DNA of 63,953 nucleotides, filler included, from Reclinomonas americana ATCC 50394 (lineage: Eukaryota), in assembly GCA_048213135.1 (NCBI GenBank). It is 32 parts of 32 records of this genome, joined end to end, with 100 filler letters (N's around TTAATTAATTAA, not from the genome) between each part and the next. Parts side by side here need not be neighbours in the genome. Positions count along the whole stretch, not along the records: positions 34,962 to 37,240 come from AFZH01024961.1; positions 37,341 to 39,615 come from AFZH01024962.1; positions 39,716 to 40,896 come from AFZH01024963.1; positions 40,997 to 42,087 come from AFZH01024964.1; positions 42,188 to 44,456 come from AFZH01024965.1; positions 44,557 to 46,821 come from AFZH01024966.1; positions 46,922 to 48,567 come from AFZH01024970.1; 25 more parts are not named here. One strand, 5' to 3'. The position numbers and the translations under genes are program-made. Of this stretch, positions 36,151 to 47,701 are shown piece after piece. The stretch's first letter is position 1, and every line of letters starts with the position of its first letter. The notes under the pieces are model-generated. The model was not told where the DNA came from, searched no databases, and saw nothing but the letters and a program-made list of their open reading frames with translations.

Positions 36151-36837
36151 CTAGCGCTGTAGCAGGCACCAAGGCCTACGGCACTGCGAACACACGAGCG
36201 CGCGCTTTCCTGAAGAGCGCTGCACCTTTGTGCAGCAATCGTCGCACACGATTCGAAAGCACCTGCGGCACTCGCCACCAATCCAATCGGCGCACTCGCT
36301 GGACTCACAGCATCGCCTCTTGCACATATCACACTCCAGCATCGACTCCGAACACTCCTCGCAGAACATGCGCCGGCAACTGTCACACTCGATCCAACGC
36401 AACTCGCAATACTCGGCGCAGTTACGAGCAAAACGGCAATCAGGGCACTCATTCAGATCCCCGGAGAACAGCAGATCATTAGCAAGCTCGTCGTCATCGA
36501 CCTCCGGATCCGACTTTTCCACACACTGGCGACACACACGCAGGTTGCAGCACGAACGTCCTCCTGTTCCTTGCAGTGACCAGTGATCGCGGCATCCCGC
36601 CGACACCGGTTCACCTTCCACCATATCGCGCACCGTCTTGCCCTCTCGCTCGCCACAACTGGCGCAAAAGATAGGCGATGGAATCGAGCTCAAAGTCGAC
36701 TCCCACATGCGGCAAAAGGAGGTGGAGACGCGCCAGAGACCGCGAGTACCTACGTCCAAGCCGAGGAATGGGAGCAGTGTGTGACGAAGGACGTCGGTGG
36801 GAAGGCGTGAGAGAAGATCGTTCGGCTGTTGATCCAT
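36151..36837 (-). CDS. F-box-like N-terminus + Cys-rich (CxxC) protein, paralog 1
   Basis: LLSRLPTDVLRHTLLPFLG..LWRVSTSF, then many CxxC pairs; intronless. Confidence 0.75.
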   Translation of the reverse strand: MDQQPNDLLSRLPTDVLRHTLLPFLGLDVGTRGLWRVSTSFCRMWESTLSSIPSPIFCASCGEREGKTVRDMVEGEPVSAGCRDHWSLQGTGGRSCCNLRVCRQCVEKSDPEVDDDELANDLLFSGDLNECPDCRFARNCAEYCELRWIECDSCRRMFCEECSESMLECDMCKRRCCESSECADWIGGECRRCFRIVCDDCCTKVQRSSGKRALVCSQCRRPWCLLQR

Positions 36838-37548
36838 AATGCGAGAGAGAGAGAGAGGAGGGAGGAGGGAGGAGGGAGGAGGGAGAGGGTGTGTGAGAGG
36901 TAAGCAGAGAGACGTGAGAGTGTGAGAAACGAAGGGTGTGCGGGATTGCGACGGATTGATCGACGGATTGGTCACACCGGGACCGATGGACTCCGACGAC
37001 GTTCACTCGTGTCGTTCAAGCTTCGCACAGAAAGGAACTAGCTCTCTTCACAAGTCTGTTTGTCAGCGTTTTCACCTTTATTTGATTGCCGCAAAGAACT
37101 GCCGGTCGTCTGCAAGTATGCACGACACGGTGTCAGAACACCATCACTGAACACGGCAAGGGAGTGCGCCATACCATGCACGCCTTGCAGCTCTCAGTAG
37201 TCGTCTTCGTCTTCGTCTTCGTCATCCTCGTCCTCATCGGNNNNNNNNNNNNNNNNNNNNNNNNNNNNNNNNNNNNNNNNNNNNTTAATTAATTAANNNN
37301 NNNNNNNNNNNNNNNNNNNNNNNNNNNNNNNNNNNNNNNNTGCCCAGCGGGGTTTTTTTTGCAAGGGAGCCGCAGAGGAGCGATGGAAGAGGAGACAGAT
37401 AGGGAGAGTGAGAGAAGGGATGGATGCTGCTGTAATGAGCGCTGTGTGTGTGTACTTCTTCGTCATGTGACTGCGATTGGTTCCATTTTGTTTCTGTTTC
37501 ATTCACACAATGGCAGTGGCGCGCCTCTCGCCACGCACCACCACCCAC

Positions 37549-38604
37549 TCAGTACGCCGACGTCTTCTTCATGAGACGCACAAAATCGTTGAGATCAATG
37601 AGCCCGTCGCCGTCGCGATCGGCCTCGTAAATCATTTCTTGCAGCTCGTAGTCTGGTGACAAAGGATGATGAACAGACAAGAGGGAAGCAAGCACACAGG
37701 ATGGTTGGGTACGCACCTTCCAGCTTCTCACCGAGGTCGGCGGCGACCTTGCGTAGCTCGGGAATGCCGACCTTGCCGGAGGCTGCAATGCAACGCAGTA
37801 ATGAGGAGGAAAGAAAAACGGGGCGACAACCACCACCGCTCCATTGCACTCAACGACCCGCAAAGAGCGTGTACGCCTGCTGCAACTCCTCCCGCGTGTC
37901 CTTCTGGCCCATCTTTGTGGCGATGAGCTCGAGGAACTCGGGAAAGTCAATCTGTCCGCTGCCGTCGCGATCGGCTTGCGCCATCATCTGCACGCACGAA
38001 TGAGTGGACGATGTGGAGGCAGGCAGACGAAGAAGTAGACACAACTCGCTTGATCTCATCGCGTCCCGAGTCAAAGCCAAGCGTCTGCATGGCCACCTTC
38101 AGCTCCTTGGCATCGATTTGACCTGCACGCGCGATGAGGAAAAATACAAGCGTGTGAGCGTGGCGAAACACACCTGAGCCCTGTGAGAGATTGCCGCGCG
38201 CGAGAGAGAAGCAAGGATGAGTGCGTGTCGTTAAGAGCGAAGAGCGGGCAGTCACACGGAACACTGTGCGCGCAAGGAGGAGTCAGACGAGTGTGATGCA
38301 TCGCGCGTGGGGATTCAACACAAGACGCAACTCTGTGTCGAACAAATCAAACGCCTGCACACGCACACGCATATACAGAAGAGGTGAGAGACACGCGGAG
38401 TTGCACTGTGACACAGACGCACCCACTCTCACCTCGCGGATCTCGACTTTTTGATCATCCGTCAGCTCCACCTTGCCGCGTCCGCGCGCTCTTGAAGTGC
38501 CCGTGTTGGTTCGTCGGTACTGTGCCTGTGTCACGCATGCGTGAGCAGTGCGCATGAGGAGCAGCGAGGAGGGGGGGGGGGGGGGGGGGGAAGACGCACA
38601 CCAT
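37549..38604 (-). CDS. CETN: Centrin (EF-hand protein), 9 exons including 1-nt and 7-nt exons
   Basis: [70 protein letters not shown]. Confidence 0.93.
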
Positions 38605-39261
38605 TCACGCTGTGAGCAGATTTCACGGCCGGTTCCGTCGACTGAGATCTTCACACTTTATCTCGCTCGCTTCTGCGCCTGCATTCTCTCGCTCAACAAA
38701 GGTTTGTCTCTTCCCGCTGTCTGTCGCTGCATTGTGCATTCGCTCTGTTTGCTTCGTGCGCGCGTCAGTTGTGTGTGTGCGCACTTGTTGCGTGTGAGAG
38801 ATGTCCATTGCAACCTTGCGCGACACACGCTCTCTCTCCCCTTCCCTCTCCCTCTCGCTCTCCGTGTGCGTATGCGTGCCGTTGTGAATGCGTCGTCTGC
38901 TGCGTGCGTGTGTGTCTTTTTGCGAGGTGATGCACGCTGATGCAGCTATTTCCTGTTGACTGTTTGATGGGGCACAGATCGCGCCCGTTCACTCCCTCTT
39001 TTTTCTCTGCATCAGAGCACTGCCTCAATCAAAATAGCTTTTGTTTGTGTGTGTGAGAGAGAGCACCAAGTACCTCATAAAGGAAGAGACTCACTTGACA
39101 GAGAAAGGTGCGCGGTGAGACAGAGTGTGCGTGTGTGTGTGCGCATCGCGCCAACATTTCCCTCGCTGTCTTCGTGCCTCCCCCCGTTCCATCCATGTCG
39201 TTCCCTGTGGCTGGCGTGCTCACTCTCCCGCTCCACTCTCGCGCACACGCGCAGACTTGCA

Positions 39262-39540
39262 ATGGAGATCGACAACCCCTGCCCCGTCTCTGCCGCCTTC
39301 TTCGGCATGATTGGCTCCGCTGCCGCCCTGGTGTTTGCCAGTTGCGTCTTTGACCTCCTTTGCATGCACACCAGCGTGGTGTCGTGTTGTCTCTTACCCT
39401 CTCCCCTTCTTAGACCTCGGCGCCGCCTACGGCACCGCCAAGTCTGGCGTCGGCATTGCCGCCTCTGGTGTGGTCAACCCCAATGGCATCATGAAGTCCA
39501 TTATCCCCGTCGTCATGGCTGGTATTCTGGGTATCTACGG
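39262..39540 (+). CDS. ATP6V0C: V-type ATPase 16-kDa proteolipid subunit c, 3' partial
   Basis: [48 protein letters not shown]. Confidence 0.95.
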
Positions 39541-39754
39541 TGCGTGTGTTGGCAGAGCAGCAGATGCCACACTAGCAGGCAACAGCAACTGGGGACAATG
39601 ATGAGACTCATATCGNNNNNNNNNNNNNNNNNNNNNNNNNNNNNNNNNNNNNNNNNNNNTTAATTAATTAANNNNNNNNNNNNNNNNNNNNNNNNNNNNN
39701 NNNNNNNNNNNNNNNGCGCGCGCGCTGCGCGTGTGCGTGTGCGTGTGTGCTCAC

Positions 39755-40014
39755 TTTCTTCCGACAGTCTTCGGCGTACTTGCGTGGATTGGTGTAGTAG
39801 GAGAATGCGCAGCCAAAGTACGGGATCCATCCGCCCACCACCGGAGGCCGCTTCCCTCGAGTCACCAGTGTCTGACACAAAAGAGTGAGATTATAACATG
39901 CATGCAAGGAGGGGTTGTCTTGCGGAGGAGGATATGCACCCAGTGGAACCAGGCCACCCATGTAAAGTAGGCCACACTGAGGCCAATGATCACGTCGACG
40001 ATCACGCCGAGCAT
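39755..40014 (-). CDS. Cytochrome P450 N-terminus (CYP51/CYP7-like), 3' partial
   Basis: TM anchor MLGVIVDVIIGLSVAYFTW, then PPVVGGWIPYFGCAFSY..NP..Y..DCRKK. Confidence 0.75.
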
Positions 40015-40996
40015 CTTCCTTTGCAGAGAATGAGAATGGCCGAGAATGATTCAACAATCCGTCGAGTGAGTTTCCACCACACTACAGTGACGAAAAAAAT
40101 GTCGTCGACAGTAACGTACGACAACAACAACTTTACTAATCCAAACAGCAGCAGCTGCATGATGATCACCATCTGAGGTTGTCGCGGAGGTTGAGCGAGC
40201 CACTGGTCGGAGGGTGCCAGCAGCGTGCCGCGCACGCCTTGAGAACTCGGCAGCGCTGTCGCGACTCGCCGGCTCTTTGCAGCTGGCGAGAAGCTCAGGG
40301 ACGGGCAGCCAGTACCCTCTCATGGCTTCACAAGTGTACACGGTGATGTTGAACGCTTTGCCTCTGGAGGGAGAAGAAGCCGAGGACGCCGACTTGTGGC
40401 GGAATGCTCAGCTGTGGGATCCAGAGGACATGGTGGCGTTATCGGCGAGTCCAGCACCGTGAGGGGATCCGCACGTGCACCGCCTGTCGCTACGTAACGG
40501 TGTCTGTTGATGAGTTGAAAAGTATTGAAAAAACAACGCTGCGTTGCGCATGCATCGAAGTTGCGCAAAAATTTTGTAACGACGCTGCGTGACCGGCGCA
40601 GTGTTTCACGTTTTGCTCTACCTACAGTCATCTCCTTGAGAGGCCGCCAGCGCCACTCTCCTCTCCACACGACGACACACACGCTCATACATGGACACAC
40701 ACAGGGGACTATCGTAATGCAATCCCTCCTTACCTCAAAAAATCTGACAGATCGACCAGCGCTGCAGATCAACTTTGCTTTTCATGGCGTCGCGACTGCT
40801 GATTCTCGATGCGCACGCTGTCGGCGGTGACGCACCCATCAAGGAGGTCGCATGGTTTGTCTCCTCACGTTGCTGCGTTTGCTTTGGGTGTTGTGTNNNN
40901 NNNNNNNNNNNNNNNNNNNNNNNNNNNNNNNNNNNNNNNNTTAATTAATTAANNNNNNNNNNNNNNNNNNNNNNNNNNNNNNNNNNNNNNNNNNNN

Positions 40997-42087
40997 GACA
41001 CCGTCGTCGTCGGCAGCTGCACCTGCCACTCGTCCAGGGGGGTCGATACTCGCGGCACCTGTACCGCTCCAGCACCACATGTCGCACCACCAGCCGCACC
41101 CACAGTCGTCCATCTTGGCGGCACCGCATGTCGCCGTGGCGGCTGTGGCCCCAGTGCCGAATCCGTACGGCTATGGTGTACCTGCAGCGGGGCCTTACAG
41201 TGGAGCAGAGGGTCCCAGAGGGGCACGATACACCACGAGTGGGAGGTCGGGTGCACGATCCTTGTTTCTCTGCGTGTGTGTTGTGTGTTGTGAGTGTGTT
41301 TTATGTGTCGGGCGCGCCGCGGTGGGTGACCGATGTTGGTGTGTTGCCATTGTGTTCACTCACTGGCAATTGTTGTTTTTTTTGTGTGCTTGTGTGCGCC
41401 ACCGCAGCACACCGTTTGTTGCGCGTCTGCGTGGCATTCCGTTCTATGCCACGGAGGAGGAGCTGCAAGAGTTTCTGCGCGGTATCAACATCATCCCCAA
41501 CGGCATTCATCGCATTCTTGACCAGACTGGTCGGTTCAGTGGACAAGGTGCGGCAGACCGCTGTCAGCTCACTCCCGTCAGCATTATGTGCTGACGCGTG
41601 TGTTGTCGTGCGTGCAGCGTACGTTGAGCTGCCGACATACGAGGACATGCGCGCCATCTTCAAGCTCGATCGTACCTACATGGGCAGTCGGTACATTGAG
41701 GTGTTGCAGGCCAAGGACGGCGAGTTGCGCGGTGCGCTGAACTGGCAGACCGGCGCGGCGCCACCGACTCAGTATGGTGGTGGCGATCGCAGTGCGTACA
41801 GAGCTCGTTGCGTTGCGCGCGTGTCCTACACGCCTCATTCATTCATTGTGTGTGTTTCACACTTTTTTGTTGCGTGCGCAGCGGATCCGTATGCGGCGGT
41901 GCAGCAGTACGACTACGCGCCCTCGTACGGAAGCAATGGTGGTGCTGGTGGCGGTTATGTGCCCGCACCCGCAGCTACTTCGTACGGCAGCAGTTCGTCG
42001 GCGTCGCCATACAGCACTGGCGTCTCGTCCAACCAGCAGTACGTGCCAATGGCCTCGCAGGCACCGTCGTCCTACGGTACCGCTCCG
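40997..42087 (+). CDS. hnRNP F/H / ESRP-like quasi-RRM protein, partial
   Basis: VARLRGIPFYATEEEL.EFL, GRFSGQ|AYVEL, YMGSRYIEV; G/Y/S-rich tail. Confidence 0.85.
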
Positions 42088-42261
42088 NNNNNNNNNNNNN
42101 NNNNNNNNNNNNNNNNNNNNNNNNNNNNNNNTTAATTAATTAANNNNNNNNNNNNNNNNNNNNNNNNNNNNNNNNNNNNNNNNNNNNCATGGTGGATGCG
42201 TTGGCGTCGAATTCGATGTATATTTCGATGAACCGCGAGCACGGACAAACACACACACTCA

Positions 42262-44365
42262 TCACTGCATAGAGCGCAGCATCACCAGCGAATGTGCACG
42301 TATGACATCAACAGCCAGTACTGTGCTCAAGCGACGCCGACAGAGTGCAATGAACTCGCGAAGTTCCTGCAGATACGTAGCTGAGCATGAGTGATTTTTT
42401 TTTTTGTTCTTCCTTGTTCAGACAACTCACCGCAGCAGTCGAGCCCGCTCGCACTTGCTCAAGCTCGCGAATGGTCAACTCGACGTTGCCCTTGACAAGC
42501 CAGTACCTCGCAGCTGCCAAACGAGCCTCCACGCTGTCACCGTTTGTGATGCCTGCAAGGACGACAGTGAGGGACGCGTTGTGGAGCCAACCACGCAATA
42601 TGCACCACAAACCACGCGGAGGAAGAATCAACGTGCTGAAAATATTGGCGTACGCATGTCCCCAGAATCCAGCATCCGGTGGTGTGTACAGAGCACATCG
42701 AGCACGTTCCGCAGTGGACTCAAACTGCGACTGCAATTCGAGCAGAGTGGGAATGCCACAATCAACAAACCCTGCTCGCCGGACTTCCTCGACGGCGGCC
42801 TGCAGAATCACGTCGTCCTTTGGCGGATACCACATTGAAAGTGAGAAAATCAAACTGGAAGCATTTCTCTGAAAGCGAACAGCACCTTGCCAACGCGCTC
42901 AATATGTGCCAGCTCGCGACCGAACGGACGCGGCGAGTCCATTACTTGCTGCAGGGAGGCAATCGACCCAGCAACATTGTGAACCTGCGAAGAGAAGTTT
43001 TGTCATCACCGGCGAGAGAGAGAAAGAGGTTCACAACAAATACGAATACACGACGAAACCAAGTTACTCCGACGCTCATACTCGCTGTGCTTCTGCATAA
43101 TCTGTCGCAGAGCCTCCACTCGTGACCGCAGAATGTCCACATCGGCAAACCTACCAGAAGCGCACAACATTTGAGTAAGTGCTCATGTGACATCTATTTG
43201 GTGCCGCCCAACTCACCACTTCTCGCGGTGGTCATTGAAGGCATCAAGAAGCGATTTCTCCTGATTCTCGAGCGCGTGCATCTGCGCTGCATCCCTCTTT
43301 TTCTCAACCTCCAGTAACTGCGACCTCAGCTGCACCTCGTACTCAGTGCGTGCTGCATTCAACGCAATCTGCAGCGACTCCAGGCTCTCCCGCTGCGGTG
43401 ATGACAGAATCACGGGTTCAGAGTGCGTGCAGCAGGGAGCGTGAGCAAGGCGCGAGAAGAACCTCCAACTGCCTAGCCCGGGTCTCCATCTCGCTCGCAT
43501 GTGTCTCAGTGAGACGCTTCTCCAGCGCGGCAAGCTCACGCTGGTGGATCTCTTCTTGCAACCCGATGAGCTCACCGAATACTTCGTTGTCCCGCTCCAG
43601 CTGGACAGCGAGCGCTTCTTGCAACACGACTCCCTCCGCCCTGCGCACCAGCGTAACTGTAAGAACTATAACTCAAAAAAACACCCCTCCGTTGGATACC
43701 GTTGTAGGGCGCGAAGTTCATGCACAAGTCCAGCAACACGGCGCTCAGCGGCAGCCAACCGCGACCGTAGATCACGGTTGACGTCATCAACTACAACGCG
43801 CGAGTGAATAAACGATTTTGGCAGGCCAAGGACTTCGCCAATCTGGCAGCACCTTCCAACGGCGCTTGCGAAGCATCGGGGATGACAACGGCCTTCTCGC
43901 TGCTACTAGGCAACTCCGACTGCTGAATTACAGCACCCTTCATCTCCTCCTGCGCGTCAACGTTGCCCGGCGCTTGCTCGGTGGCCGACATCTGGCCCGC
44001 ACTTACAACCAGTGAGCGCGAAATTGTGCCCACGCAGACCGAACAAATCCAACTCGCCTCTTGCGGACTGACAGAATGCTCGGCACCATCTTGCATTCCA
44101 GAATCCACAGCAACAGCTACCGCCTCGGAGGGATTCTCGAGGAGCACTGCATCTGCATCAATAGGACTCTGAAGACACCAAACACCAATAATGCATAAGA
44201 CAAACGCCGCCGATTTGTGTACACTCGTGCCGCAAAACTCGCACGCAACTGAAACGACTGCATGCTCGGCCGGCGCCGGAGTCGCTGGAACATCAGCAGC
44301 TTCACCAGGCACATAATCAATCGTCGGCACAGTATCGCCACTGGTGCCGACTTTAAATGCTACAG
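42262..44365 (-). CDS. MICOS subunit Mic60/mitofilin-like, 5' partial, spliced
   Basis: Coiled-coil exons, then GIPTLLELQSQF, GFWGHAYA, GDSVEARLAAARYWL..GNVEL.IREL, REFI...RRRL (mitofilin domain pattern). Confidence 0.78.
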
Positions 44366-44381
44366 TCAGCAAGTGCATTCC

Positions 44382-44428
<47 letters not shown>

Positions 44429-44556
44429 GGAGGGGAGGGAGAGAGACACACACTACNNNNNNNNNNNNNNNNNNNNNNNNNNNNNNNNNNNNNNNNNNNN
44501 TTAATTAATTAANNNNNNNNNNNNNNNNNNNNNNNNNNNNNNNNNNNNNNNNNNNN

Positions 44557-46821
44557 AGCTGGAGCAGGGGCAAGAGGTGACGAACGCCACCACCCTTTGC
44601 CCCCCCCTTTCCTCTCCTCCTTCTGACCCTGGTTTGTGTGTGTGTGTTTTTTTCGCAGACGCGTCTGAAAGACGAGACGGAGAAGACGACGCTGCAGGCC
44701 AAGGTGGAGCAGCTGACCAAGACGCTGGAGGAGCTGGAGGAGACCAAGAAGCAGGCGCGTATCCGCGTGGCCAAGGTGGAGGCCGAGCCGGAGGTCATTC
44801 GACGCAAGGCCGATGTGGTGCAGCGTGCGGTCGAGTCGCGGAAACGCGAGCTACAAAAGCTGTTGGAGGACGATCAGACGGCAGCGCGGCAGCTGCAAGA
44901 GGCGCACGCGGAGAGGCTGCGGTTGGAGAACGAGTCGTGTGAGCTGCGATTGGATTTCCAGGGCAACGACGCCGACTTGGTCAAGCTGCTGAAGCAGGAG
45001 GAGGAGCTGAAGGCCAAGCTAGCTCGCTTCAAGGTCGACATTGAGGCGGAGCAGGAGAAGCGTGCCGAGTTGGAGGAGCAGCAGGCCGACAAGGCCTTCA
45101 CCTACAACCGCGAGCGTGATCGCCTCGGTAAGATTGAGCGCGAGCGCGACCGTGTGGCCCGGCGCTTCCAGAAGCTGACGGCGGCGATTGAGAGCACATC
45201 GGCACATCGCATCGAGTTGCGCAATCAGCTCGACGCCGTGCAGCATGAGATCGCGGCCGTGGACCGTGAGCGGAAACGCACGGCCGGCGAAATGCGCGAG
45301 TTGAACAAGGACGTGGAGATTCAGATGCGCAACACGCTCGAGAACGCCGATCGCAGCGAGGCCACGCACACGCAGCTGCGCGACACGCTCGACAATGTGC
45401 GCAAGCTGGAGCACATTGTGGCGAAGCTGTCGGAGGAGGAGAAGGCCGTGTACAAGATGCTGGAGGAGAAGACGAGAGAACGCGAGCAGATGGCGCGACA
45501 GGCGGCGCGTGCCCTCAGCCGCAAGAAGGAGATGGAGCGGGAGGTGGTGCTGAAGGAGGCCGAGATTGCTGAGCTGTTGCGCGAGCAGCAGCAGATAGAG
45601 ATTTACGCCGACAGCGTGCATCAAAAGTTTGTGCAGGCGCGACGCGAAAAGAACAATTACGTGAGTCGTTGCACAGGAGCGTGTTTTTTTGTCCTCTTGC
45701 TCAACCTTTCTCTACCCATCGCACAGCAAAAAGGAATTCAGATGAACGAGCAGCGACTGGCGGAGATCAAGGAGAAGAATAAGATCATTGAGAACGAGTT
45801 GGATGTGCTGAGCAAGGAGTCGTTTGCCAAGGAGAAGGACCGGCAGACGTCGCGCCGTGCCTACAACAGCGTCATCAAGGAGAAGGAGGCGGCGCGGTCC
45901 GAGGTCGACAAGCTGCGCGCGCAGATCAAGGAGAAGAATATGGTCATCAACCAGAGCAAGGCCGAGGTCGACAGGCTAACAGGCGTGATCACGCGTCTGG
46001 AGGAGGACATGTTGAAGCTGAAGAAGCAGTACGAGCACTCGGTGGAGGACCGCAACTACACCGGCATTCAACTCATCGACCGCAACGACGAGTTGTGCAT
46101 TCTCTACGAGAAGAGCAACTTGCAGGAGAGCATTGCGAAGACGGGCGAGTTGGCGCTGCGGAAGCGCGAGGACGAGATTCGCTTGCTCACGATTGAGTTG
46201 ACGGATGTGGGACGCGAGATCGACGTATGCCAGCGCATGCTGCCAGAGGTGGAGAGGCATCAGCTGGAGATTTTGGATCTGCAGGCGGAACTCGAGTTTG
46301 AGAGGAGAGTGGCCGAATTTTATTCATTGCAGCTTGGTGCGTACGAGCGGGGGAGGGAAAGAGAGAGTGGGAGAGCGTTATTTTCGATTCAGTGCTGATC
46401 TTTTTGTTGTGCCGCAGAGTCGACGGAGAACAAGCAGAGATGGCGACGGCTGGAGGGGCGTGATCCGGAGTCTGGCGAGCTGAAGAAGAAGATGTCGGTG
46501 CTGGAGGATCGGTTGAATGCAAGGAAGGAGCAGGTGCTGGAGAAGAACTTGCTGCTGGACCAGCTCACCAGGGCGTCGGACAAGATTCGTGTGCGCGCCA
46601 TGGAGGAGCGTGAGGAGACGCTGGATACGGCCAAGGAGATGAACCTGTATCAGCATCGCCTCAAGGTCACCACGCGCAAGATGATGGCGACAGTGTCGGA
46701 GCTCAGTATGTACCAGGCCACGGCCATGAAACTGGAGCAGGAGAAACTGGAGCGGGTGCGTGCATGCTCTGCTTCTTTGTGGATGTGTGCATTGTCAATC
46801 GTTCTCTCTTCTCACTTTCCG
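44557..46821 (+). CDS. CCDC146: CCDC146/MBO2-like protein, haplotype B, partial
   Basis: Near-identical reverse complement of 25427-27712. Confidence 0.85.
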
Positions 46822-46921
46822 NNNNNNNNNNNNNNNNNNNNNNNNNNNNNNNNNNNNNNNNNNNNTTAATTAATTAANNNNNNNNNNNNNNNNNNNNNNN
46901 NNNNNNNNNNNNNNNNNNNNN

Positions 46922-47485
46922 ATGGCCGGGAGCCGCGGCATCCGCCGCCGCCAGCAGCGCGGAGATCCACTCGCCGGCCTCGTCCTGCGTGACCGGCCAG
47001 GGCGAAGGATGCGTGTGCGCCGAGAACTGGTTCGTCTCGTTCCCGAGGGTCAGGCCGAGGAAGTTCGGGGCCTCGCGCAGCGCCTGGCCGAGCCGGTCGA
47101 CGAGCGCGACCTGCCCCTCCAGCGCCTTCGAATCGGTGAACATGTTCTTGTCGTGCCAGGTGTACAGCCAGGACGGGACGAAGTCGAAGCTCGAGAGGTG
47201 CCCCTGGATCACGTCGACGCTGGCGTCCAGCCCGAACTCGCCGGCGATGTCGACCATCGCGCGCACGTCGTCGACGGCCTTCGTGCGGATGAGCGTGCGG
47301 TTCGGCTGGAGGACGTTCCACAGCGGGAAGACCCTGACGTGGTCGAGCCCCAGCTCGGCGAGCGCGGCGAAGTCGCGGCGCACGTCGTCCGGCGTGAAGT
47401 CGAGCCAGGAGTGCATCCAGTCCTTCGACGGCGTGTAGTTCGCCCCGAATCTCAGGGGAGCATCGAGAGCGCCACGCTGCGTCAT
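46922..47485 (-). CDS. Glycoside hydrolase family 5 (beta-mannosidase-like), 3' partial
   Basis: [39 protein letters not shown] (acid/base). Confidence 0.85.
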
Positions 47486-47533
47486 GTGTCCGGACCTTTC
47501 CGACGGCGCCCTCCGGTGAGGGCATGTCGGATC

Positions 47534-47649
47534 ACTATAACGCTTGAGCAACGAACATCCCACCGCTCGGAGCGGATTCCCGTGAGACCCTCCGCCAGCA
47601 CCTTGACAGGCGGAGAATCGGATGGTTTCATCTGCTAAAGCGTTGTAGT
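47534..47649. promoter_or_regulatory. Divergent promoter region with two LacI-type operator candidates
   Basis: GCTAAAGCGTTGTAGT (47634-47649) and an inverted copy GCTCAAGCGTTATAGT (47534-47549); TTGACA at 47603. Confidence 0.6.
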
Positions 47650-47701
47650 CCACTCTCGTGTGGACGTCACGCGGAATCGCCCGCCTCGAGGAAGAAGCAC
47701 G

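Noticed and set aside
16605..37551. Alternative nuclear genetic code in the eukaryote
   Set aside because: Conserved genes end at the expected places with TAA (DOHH, RPL30) or TGA (HAL, dynein, centrin); internal stops all fall inside GT-AG introns.
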